Shown here: piece by piece, positions 24,401-36,400 of the stretch
Layout: each line of letters begins with the position of its first letter
Position numbering within the stretch: the first letter of the stretch is position 1
Assembly (NCBI RefSeq): GCF_006345805.1
Contig: NC_042997.1
Coordinates: 207,204,001-207,268,000 of the forward strand
DNA length: 64,000 nt
Reading direction: 5' to 3'
Source of the DNA: Octopus sinensis
Lineage: Eukaryota
Notes under the pieces: generated by a model
Seen by the model: only the letters and a program-made list of their open reading frames with translations
What the model was told of the DNA's origin: nothing
The model's database searches: none
Made by a program: the position numbers and the translations under genes

Positions 24401-27400
24401 ATGATTTAGATTTCATATAGAAGCAGTTGTTGAAGCTGAAGGTGGCTTCATTGAATAACATTATAGAAAAGAAGGTTTATTTTTATCCTCATAGCATTTT
24501 TTGATAAATAAAGTTATTATCTGTTATTATATATCTGGGTTTTTTTTATAAAAATAAATCTGTTCTCAGATTTATGCAGCCTGTATACAAAACTGTGACA
24601 CATTTGCATCAAAGAACATCTGAACACAAGAGCCTCCTCCTTCAAAAAAAAATAAAGACAGATGTTGGAACAACGACAAAATCATAACAGTCACAACTGA
24701 GGCCAATGAAAGAAATTTGGGAAATTTAAAGATTAAGGAAGCTATCCTCATAGAAAGACTAGGGCCTCAAATTAGCAACAGGCTGGAAATTAACACTCAT
24801 TAGCTTACTTAACAATATTGACACCCTGCATGCATGTTGGTAACATGCTCATATAACAAAACATTATATAAAAATGCACATATAATACACAACTTGTAAA
24901 CAGTCCAATGGATGTACCAACACACACGAGTTCAAGACATGACAATCCTCACACATTTCTCCTGAGGTATTCCAGAAAGAACTTCATGAAACCATTACGA
25001 GAACGCTTGCAACAGATTTCAGTAACAATTAGAAGAATAAGAAAACCGACTATAATAGGGACTCTGTTAGTTCCAAGCAATCTCTGAGGTAGGAATTTAA
25101 ATAATCCAAAATATTAGACCATGAATAATTCAATTATTTCTAACAGTTATTATAGTCCACTCTGCATTGTTGTACCATTCCAGATATGTTACATTGCTTA
25201 CATATATATATATATGTATACACATATACATGTTAATTAATATTTGTTTCTCTTCAGGAACCTCCCCTCTTCATCCACAACAGAAAGCAGCTTCTGTGAC
25301 ACCCAGAACTAATGTGGCATTGACAAAGAATCCTGGCATCAAAATAAACTTAATGACTGATTCAATTTCTAATGTATCTGTGAGTAAATAGATTCATGTA
25401 ACTTATTTATATTTAATTGTTATTTCATTTCCAAATGAGGAATCATTAAAGTTAATTAAAACATTTTCTCAAACTCAAACATTCTATTTCCTTCACATCT
25501 GATATCTTGAGTATATCTTTTGCTAACTTTAACAACCTCAAACTTACTACAGCCATTCTGTAGAGCCTTTCTTAACAACAATATCAACTGCAACAATGTA
25601 TCTCTCTTCTCTCCATGGACTGTTCCTTAGTTGTTTACCATTAATTACTTTTGTAGGTTGATGTCATCGTTAACAGCTCCAATGAAGAACTCCAGCTTGA
25701 CAAAGGGTCTATCTCAAAAATTATTCTCAATGCTGCTGGTCCTGAGATACAAAACGAATGTAACCAGAGATATCCTCGAGGTATTTCTACATCTAAAATA
25801 GCCGTCACTAAAGGATATAACCTCAACTGTAAGAATGTATTTCATCTGGTATTACCTCCCTGGGAAATGAATTCCTCTCATTCAGTAAGTATCAATCATA
25901 TGATATTGATTTATTGAAAGAGTTGTTGTACAACCCTAAGTTATCATTAATCCAGCATCCCTGTGGCATGAATGGAATTGTCCATAAACATCTGCACAAT
26001 CCACAGATGTGTTTTTCCAGTCATACAACACCTCCGTCTGCTTCAAGACAGAAGCATGTACTTTGGTGTCCAGTGATGTACAGTTTGGGCTACAGTGTGA
26101 CAGTCTGGTGTTGTGGTATTCTGTACAGTTTCCAGAGCATGAATTCTGGTAATGGCCACTGGAAACACCAGGCAACTGCCACCATTGAGGAAAACTTTGA
26201 CCTTTTCCTCCACATGGTGATGGACGATAGGCAACTGATTACGAATCAAATAGCCAATGCTAGGAGCATATTGCATGAGACAGTTTTGTCCTCACCAACC
26301 ATTCTAATTGTTCCTAATGCTTGCTAACATCCAGTTCGAAATTGATTGATATACATTGTATTGTAGATATTCCTTGAACAAATTATTACATTAAAATACA
26401 GTCTCTTGTGCGCAGTGTAAAGGCTGTTGTATCCCAAACACTGCATCCCAGGTGGTTTTCTGTGTTGTCCTGCCTTGTGGGCTGTTTTGGTGCATTTCAC
26501 AATATGTTCTCACTCAGATTTCCCTCTTGTAAAGAATCATTAATCTCTCTTATTCCCTGTTGTTGTTTCCATTAATTACAAGAGCCTACTTCAATTACAC
26601 TGTGTATCCACCTAATCTTACAACATTTCTCTTTCCATTCACGGCATCCATATGTTCATTTAGACAGGCTTCCTTCTATCTCATGATCTATGTTGATCCT
26701 TCTATCACATGATCTATGTTAATCCAATGATCACATCGTCTATTAATCTAGTAATCACTTGATGTTGTTTAAATGTTATTCTAATCTGTAAATCATAAAC
26801 CATTTCTGTTTGCAACAACCAAATATGTGGGAAATTTCTTAATCAAAGAATATATTTATTACAACTTAATGGTTTCTCCCTGTAAGAAGAATTTGGAAAT
26901 AGTTCCATAAAATGTTCATTATCAATTACTAAACAATTACTTTTTTTTAGATTCTGGCAAACTTGACTCAAATAATAACCATTTGTCTGGAAACCGCAGA
27001 GAGAATGGGAGCAAAAAGTCTTGCATTTCCTATATTAGGAGCTGGGGTACTGAAGTACCCCATTGAAAACCTACCCAGAACAATGTATGAAGCAGTGAAA
27101 AACTACTCAGATCTAAATTCAAGCCAGATCAAAGTTGTAAATTTTGTAGTTTATCCTCAAGACACAGAAATTCTGGAAGGTTGGTTGATGTATTTGTTAT
27201 TTGTTGTTTTATGTTGATATTCTTGGAATTTACCAAAAAACAATATTCTACAAGAAACAAAGGAAATAGAAATGATCCTCATTTACAGCCCTTGTTCCAT
27301 TTTGGAATGGGTGCAACATTTTGACTGGCCTCAATGAGCCACAAGGGTTTATTGAACCCCAGTGTCTGCTTTGGCATGGTTTCTATGGCTGGATGCCATT

Positions 27401-30400
27401 CCTCATGCCAACCACTCACAGCATGTCCTGGGTACCTCTTCATGCTACCTTAATGCTGTTCATTATGTCTGTTGTGCTTATCCTTTCATTATACCATTTC
27501 CCATCACCAAATTCTTGCTTCTGAAATATTCCATTGTAACATTTGAAGTTAATAATATTTTGCTTGTTGTTGTTGTTGTTATTGTTTGACCCTGAGTCAG
27601 ATGTGATTCATCAGCCTGAAGGTCAAAGATGCTTGTTGTCTTTCTTCTTCTCTTCTTTTCTTCCTCCTCCTCTTCCAAGCTGCCGCACCCAAGATCCACT
27701 TCACAATGCCACACCAATTATTTCTGCTCCACCTTCCCCTTTCTCTCCGTTTCTTGTTTGTGACTCTTGCAAGAACATCAATGTAATTGAGTGAGACTTA
27801 GTAACTATGCATTCAGAACTTCCTCTGCCATGGCTCACTCTCTTGCCTAAGTAACAGAAGTTATCTTCTATTTCTGAGGATCCTCCTGAACATTTGAGGA
27901 AGCCTAATCTCTGTGCATTTCTAGTGATTATTGAACCTGCACATTTCCCACACACAAAGACTACTTTCTATGTTCAGCTCCCTCTGTTCATTTAGCCCTA
28001 GCTTCCACATTGACCACTAGATGAGGGTGCAGGGGTCCTTGTCAAAGGCTTTCTCCATTTCGACAAAAGCCAAGTGCAGAAGTTTATGTTTAGCTGAGTA
28101 CTTCTCCTGCACTTGCCTTACTATGAATATAGCATCAGTGGGTGCTTCTTCTGAGCAGAAAACCAAACTGCATCTCATCTAGGCCCTCGTCCCAATTATT
28201 TGAACTAAAACCCTTTATGAAACTTTCCTTACCGGGGCTAGCAATTTGATACATTTGTAATTATTTCTGTTTGTAGCACTTGAATATGATACTGCTACAC
28301 CAGTCGTTGGGTATGACAACCTGGGTATCTATACAGGTGATTGGGACATCTCCTACTTCAACAGATATTTTAAGCATCTCAGTAGTCATTCACGATGAGC
28401 CAGGAGATTTCTCTGTCTTCATATCCTTAATTGCTTTATCTACCAAGTTGCTGTTCATTCATCAATAATTGGCCCCTCTCTTAGATCAACATTAGACACA
28501 CTCTTTTCCATGCATTTTCTACATCTAACAGATTTTTCATGGTGGCATTTCCAAGCCTCTTTCCTTGCAGAGTCACTCACTGCTACAACTTCATGATTTT
28601 CTCTTACACATTGACTTGCAATCTGAAACACTTTACGTCACTGCTACTCACACAAGAGAACATTGGCAAAATTCTTCCTTACTACTTCTTCCCTGGTGCT
28701 ATATACCTCTCTTCTAACCTCCCTTCTAGCTATCTAATATAGTTTCCTACTAACACCCCACTTCAAATGGCCCTATCAACTACACTGTTCCACCACCATG
28801 TCACCTTAGGTCAAGAAGGGACTTTGCACTAATCACAAACTTGGTCAGTGGCCCTCAGTGTGGAGAATAACCTCCAGTTATCCTTTATGCTCTGTATCAC
28901 TTTATATTCCAATTTTTGTCAAATGCTTCTCGTAACATGTACCGAAATCTCTGACCATTCGGAGGATTCTTAAGCTTGCAGACCTTTGTTGTCTTCTGGT
29001 TGTCTTCTTGGCTGCCTTCTAGCTCTGTGTCTGAAGTTGCTAATGATTAGCCTATGCTGAGGAGTGCACTCTTCACCTGGGAAAGTTTTAGCATTTATAA
29101 GCAACTATCTTTCTCATTTTCTTGTGAGAATGTAAAGAATCTGTCTAGCGTGCTCACAGAACTCCAACAGCCTGGTTCTCTTCTCATTCTGGGAACTAAC
29201 CCTTTTTCTACCGTGCACACCACGGAAGGCACCAACGTATGGCCCAAAATGCCTATTGGAGTCATTATTCACAAAGAGAAGGTCACTGTCATTTGTGGAC
29301 AAAGCAGTCTGCAAAAAAGGTGTTGTGAAATCAGTCTTTCTTTTCATCACGTATTCCTGGCTGGGGGATCTAGGCCAAAATAATAGTTGCTGTTCAACTT
29401 TGTAAAACTAGTCTAAGCTCAAGTATTCTATGACACACTTTGATTACCTTGATTGCCTTATCAGACCATTTCTCAGCAAGAGGTATGCTCATATCACCAA
29501 ACCCATCATTGTTGCTTGCCCAGAAGATTTTATACCTATGCTCTTTGCATGTGAGGAACCTGCCAGACAGAATCCCCGTTGAATCTGCCAATTCTAAGGT
29601 AGAAGAAGATTGGGTGGCCAAAGGGAACACAGGGATAAGGGGCAACATTCTGCATCTAGAAAGTAAGTTTGTATTGACGTTTCCTGGACATAGTGTAAAC
29701 GTTCCAAAATCTTTCAATGTCTATTTAATTCACCATCAATTATGTGCTTCACACTTGCCCAAGGTTATTAGGAGATGAGGCAATGGTAGAGACCACTAGA
29801 TAGAAGTGGGAGAGGTGAAAGAGAGCATTCCAGAAAAAGTTTCCCATACAGTGAAGGTTCCTGGAGAAAGACATTCAGTATGGATGGTGGGGCCGAATTG
29901 GGTGTCTGAACTACAAACAACCAAGCAGCAGAGATACCCTGGCAAAATTTATTATGCAAATAAAATGGGAAGGCAAAAACACAGCAATTTATCACAAGGA
30001 TTATTTAACACATAATATGGAAAATAACAAGGTTTTAGACATGATTAGAGCAACATGTATTGACGTGAGAATTAAATCTTATGAAAGGAAAACGAAATTA
30101 CTTATCTGAAAATTTTTCCTACATTCAAGTCCAGCTGGTATTGTTAGAAGTGTTCATCTCAGATAACAAGAGAAATAGGATGATATTTTACAGGGAGCAG
30201 CAGAGAACAAGAATAGGGGGTCTGTTCAACTGGAAGAAACAATCCCTGAGCTATTCAGAAAGCCAGTCCCCTTGGTAGGCCAGTCCACGTTATGCATAGT
30301 AGCACATCCAACTGCAAAGTGAGTCAATATCCATGCAAATATAGTTCTCTCCTACAACATCACGGTTTTTCCTCACATACAAAACACCACAAGCCTCAAG

Positions 30401-33400
30401 TCCTCACGCAATAGAAAGAACTGACAAACTCTCTACTTCCTGCTGAGTATACCTGTCTCCTAGTTTCCCTGCTCATATGTTTCTCTACTACCATCACACT
30501 TCCAGGCCTCTTTCTTCACTCTAATGGCCCTGTCTACTACACTGTTCCAAACCATGCTACCATAGGTCTGATTCAGATTTGACACCACCCACAAAACTTG
30601 CTCTGCGGATCTCAGTAAATTGTCCCATGGGAACTTCCCTGTATCTTCTGTGTTACACGTCTGTAACTCCTCCTCCTCTCAATAAATGCTTCAGGGAAAA
30701 TGCATAGACAACTGATATGGCATGCCTGATGGGAAACGCTTGCTGAACCCTTCCTCCCAGATGCTGAATGTCATTCTCCTTCTCCCTCTTACCCCCTGCC
30801 CAACCCTCCTGAACCTCCTTACAATTGTTAAGCGTCCAGATCCTTCATTTCCAGTTGTCTCGTAAGAACTTTTAGCTGTCCTCTATGTTACACGTCTCTA
30901 TCTCTTCCTGGTTCATGTTAAAAGTTTCAATTAGGACATCTCTAAATATCAAATCATTCAAAGTTGTTGAGACGATCTGCCAAAGAATATCATAAAAGCA
31001 ATCCTTCTGTTCATTTGGCAGACCAATTTGAATAGCAGAGGCAGAAATAATTGTTGCCGTACAACTCTGCAAAAATTACTCTGAGCTCAAGTACCCAAAC
31101 ACACCACTCTGACTACCTCAGCTACATTATCCACCCATATTCCCAGCTAGAAGTATGACTACTCCACCTACCCCATCGCTGTTTTTCCCAGAAGATTTAT
31201 AGATATGTATTTTGCCTGTGAGGTACATGGACGAAGCTCCTCTCCACCTTACTTCTTGAAGGCAGCACACATCAACGCACCTCCATTTCAGACCTAGCTT
31301 TCAATGTGTCTACATTGACAGAATCAACAGTAAGGAAGTTAAATTGGAGGTAAGGGAGAAGGAAAATGACATTCAGCATCTGGGAGAAGGGTTCAGCAAG
31401 CATTTCCCATCAGGTATGCCATACCAGTTATCTTTGCCGTTTATCTACCATTATTCATTCATCTTAGATTTGCTGCATCTGCCTTTGTTGTAGTGTATTT
31501 TGAAAATAATGAAGATTTAAGTGCTGGTGTTTGGACATAACGTGGAAAGAGTACCATTGAATTTGGGTGACATCATACAGAAGAAATTGGTGTTCATTAG
31601 AAAGCATGGGCAAAATGTTCACCAGGGAACAACAAAGTTAGCTACAAGGTTTATAAGATTACCCGAAATTGCATTTACAACTAGTTACTTTGATAAGGAA
31701 ATGTGGATCAAGAAAGGTGTAGCAGAGCGATGGTGTATAGCTGAAGGTATCTATTTACCTAAAGAGAAAGAGGCAAAAACACTAGGGCAATTCAGACACA
31801 TTTCGCTACTAAACACCAATGGGATGATTGTGTTTGGAATCATTGCCAGGTGAATCATAAGATTCATACAGCATAACGGATATATTAATAAAGCAATCAA
31901 AAAGGCAGGGATTCCCGGAATCTTGATAGCTTCCCAGATCTGCCATCTGGGAAGCTATCACCTGCGCAAAGCAACTGAAGAAAAACCTGTACATTGTATG
32001 GCTAGATCTTGCCAATGCATATGGATCTGTCCCATGTGTACTAATTCAAGCAGCTATGGACTTCTTTTGGATTCTAAATGATGTTCAACGAATGCTCATC
32101 TGTTACTACAATAGCGTGAAGTAGGAATTGCAGTTGGATGCTTGATATCATCCATTTTACTTATGCTAGTCATGGAGATGTTACTAACATCCATGAACAG
32201 TGAGAAATTTGTTACAAAGACACCATTAAGGGCTTTTATGGACAACGTTACTCTATTATCAGAAAGCAGAGAAGCAGCAGAGGGAACGTTAGAGCGGTTG
32301 GATGAACTGATAGGATGGGCAAGGATGAAATTCAAAGCCAAAAAATCTCGAAACGTGGCTTTTGTGAAAGGAAGGTAAAAAGAAGTGAAATTCAGGATAG
32401 GAAGTGAAGACATACCAACGGTGAAAGAACCACCAGTAAAAAGTCTCGGCAGATGGTATAGAGATTTATTAAATGATAAGAAGCAAGGGAAAGAAACACA
32501 CGAGTTAGTAGAACAAGGATTAAAGGCAATTGACAGAACAACGCTGCCGGGAAATTCAAATTTTGGATACTGCAATTTGGGCTGTACCCAAGAATAATGT
32601 GGCCATTGCAGATGTACGAAATAGCCTTGAGTAGAGTAGGAAGGATGGAACAAAGATGCTGTGTGTTTATCAGAAAATGGCTTGGTCTGCCAAAACTACT
32701 GAATGCAACTGCACTATATGGAAAACCCATGCTGCAACTACCAATAACATCAATCGCGAAGAATATAAGGCAGGGAAGGCAAGGACAGTATTGATGCTAA
32801 GGTATTCAAAAGATCAGAGCATCCGGGAAAATCCTCCAAGGTACGAACAGGGAGAAATGGAAGGCGGAAGAGGCAGTGACAGGGTGATTGGAAAGCTAAG
32901 GCATGCAGATATAGTCGGAGTGATGCAAGAAGCAAGAGCCAGTCTAGGGTTGCACAATTTCAAGTCATTTTGCATGAGCAGTGTAAAAGAGATGAAAGAT
33001 GAGAAGAAAGGTGAAATGTACATTGGTACAAGGTAGTTAACAAGGAGAGTGCCAGAGATGGGAGGATATGTAGACAGTTGCAGAATCTCATAGAAGGAAC
33101 TTTGGGCTTGAAACAAGCAAGGAAATCCTTCCTGATCAAGTCTACCTTCGATGTTTTACTCTCACCAGCTGTTTTAGTCTGGTGGAACAACCGATGAGTG
33201 TAGATGTGGAGAGAAAGCGATGGTGAGACATGTTCTGTCAAACTGCAGACTAGCACTAGAAAGGTATATATATGGTGTCCTAATCAAGTCCTCGGTGTCA
33301 TAAGCGCAGCACTCAAGGAGAAGATTGAGGGATACAATAGGGGAGAGTAGCCAAAAGTGGAAAAGTGTGGAAGGATATACTTCCAGAAGGAGGGAAAGGG

Positions 33401-36400
33401 ACATAATGCCAGGCCTCCAAATAAAGATATGAGACAGGTGAAAGATGGAAGGGATACTGCAAGCTGGCTGCAGATTTGGAAAGGCTGTTGAAAATTTCCA
33501 CTCTTAAAAACGACAAAAAATGGAGAATAGGAATTTTGCTAGAACTGACAGTGTCATGGGAAGAGAACATCGACAATGCAGAGAAACGAAAGGAGATGAG
33601 GTATGAAAAGCTAATCGAAGAATGCAGAGAACAGGGATGGACTGTCGAGTATTACCACCTGGCAGTGGGGGCTAGGGGCTTCATTGAAAGGGAAATGACA
33701 ACATTATTTAAAAGGTTTGCATTTTTGAGCTCAGAGATAAGAAAAGTAATAAGGCCACAGAAGACAGTCGACAAAGACTGTTTCTATATATGGCTGAAGC
33801 AAGAAGACCAAAAATGGCTTGAAAATCATAACATACCGGCAGGAAAATAACATCACTAGGTGAAACTGGCTGACATTTAAGCAGCATCGCTGATTGACAG
33901 GTGGGCCAAGGTAGTGGTCTTATTAATTGTACCCCCTCCTCCTGGTTTAAAGGCTTGTACCACCAAACAGCTACTCAGCTCTGGCTCCTGGAACTTAAAC
34001 TAACATGACACTGTTGGAAGGTAGGTCTAGGAGGGCATGGGCCAAAACTACTCGTCCTTCCCCTCCATTGGTCAGTTGAAACTTAGACAGTGTCATGTGA
34101 CAGTTAGCTTGTGTTGGCTACTGGAGACTACCAGCGAGTATTTAAAGGGTAACTTGGCTGGATGGTCATTCATCAGCTGACAGCCATTAATGCTTCACCG
34201 AAGAAACCAAAGAATAAAAGGTAAAAACAAAAAAATGAGAAAGAAAAATAAGGCACTCAACACCGGAGCTGCTACGTCGTAAATGGTGGAGGAGTAAGGG
34301 CCAAAACCAGATGTGGCTCCTCCAGGTGATGTCTTTAGCCTCTGGATCCTATAAAGGAGCTGTTGAGGCAGTGACCACAAAACATGTCTGGAAGTCTTCT
34401 CAATACCAATTTCAATTCCATGAATAATATTTTCCCTAAACTTAAACAAGCAGATTTTTTTCTCTTATTCTTAAGTAACAATTCCTCCCCAAACTACAGA
34501 ATATTCGAAAGCCTGTCCATCGTAAGACAGGTTTTTAATACAATGAATACAAATGTAAATTTAAAGCAATATTCACGATAGAAGCAATGAATAAAAGCAT
34601 TGCATTGAAATTAACAGAAAATTAATTATGAAATTATGTTTCATTGAGTGATGATAAATTATTTGATTACTTCTAACAGAAATTTAAAGAATTTTCCAGG
34701 AAACACAACAGGTAGTTCACTGCATCATCAGGTAAATACTTTCTTTTTATTTATCTTAAATGTATATTCAAATTATGTCATGTCACACTTAATTGCTACT
34801 GGTAACATGTAACGCAGTACAACCTATCGCAGGTCAGATGGTCAGTGACTAAACTGGCCACTACACTGAGCTTTCTGGGTATTTGTTGGATACCCTGCAG
34901 GATGGGAAATTCAACCTGCGAAAAGGCGAAGGACCTCATGTGTAGACAACGGCCATTCAATAATGTGTATATATGTATGTCTGGATTGTGTGTATGTGCA
35001 CGTGCATGAAAGTATATCTGTATTGTGTATTTTCAAAATTCTTTTTCATATTTCTATATTTATACATTTATATTATATTTTTATGCACCCTTTTATATTT
35101 TGATAGTTTAGCATTTTTCTTTTTGATATTTTTATATTCTTATTTCATATTCTATTATATTGTTATATTTGTGTATTTATAGTTTTACATATGTGTAATT
35201 TCTTTATATCAGGAAGGATTAGTAACTCTTGTGGGAGGGGCTAATCACATTCCATAGGACTGCCTCGTCCACCTTGTTCCCCGCTTGGGGCCCAGCTCTC
35301 ACTGGCAGCTCCATGGAAGCTTCATACCACACACTCACTCCTGCGCATATATATTTCATCATCAATTTTTCATTTAATGTCCATTGTCCATGCTGGCATG
35401 GGTTGTACGGTTTGACCAGGCTGGTACAACTGGAAGGCTGGACCAGACTCCAGTCTGATTTGGTATGGTTTTCTATGGATGTCCTTCCTAATGCCAGCCA
35501 CTCCGAGAGTATAATAGGTGATTTACATTCCACCAGTATGGGTGCAATTTGCATGACGTGATATATAAAATATAAAAATTCAGGAGCAATGAGAGGGGAA
35601 TATATATATTTAACCACTTGATAGCCATAGAATTATGGCTGTTTTCACAGACTTCATCAAAGACAGATAGATAGGCACACAGGTAGATCAATCAATGATA
35701 TATAGACAGAAATGAGGAGCATATATTCTGGGAGTGCTATGTATGTGCTGAACACCCATCGAAAATGGCAATTCATTATAAATTATAACCCCTTACTTGT
35801 TAATGTAATGACAAGTCTTATGGAAAACTTCTGTTATATCCAGCTTGATATTTGGTGGCATTGGGTGTGGCAGCACAGCCAGTACAACAACCACCACATA
35901 CCACTGATAATAAATAGAATGACAGGTTCAGGCAGATAGATAGAAGTGTGTGCGTGTGTTCTTTTACTTGTCCTAGTCATTGAACTGCAATCATGCTGGC
36001 GCATCATGTCCAAGGCTTTTGCTTTCCTCAGTCTGATACATATTTTATCGTCTGGAACTGGAAGGTCGTTGGTCTGTTGGATAGATGTTTTGAATATTGT
36101 CAAAGCTGTGAAACTGTTATCTCGGATCTCACTGGAAACAATTTTGCCTGTCATTCTTAGAAAGTTATTCCATAGGGAATCCAACAACTACTGGCATCAG
36201 CTCTTCTTTCTGTTAGCATCAGCCATGTTGCACAGGAAGAAAAGGTCATCGTAGACCATTCACACTTTCTGTTTTCAGAAATAAGGAAGGGTTCAGTGAG
36301 GAACTAGCTGCCACATCACATAAAAATATTGGTTTCAAACTTTCGGCACATGGCCAGCAATCCCTGGGAAGGGTCAAATCATTAATTGCTCAATTGATAT

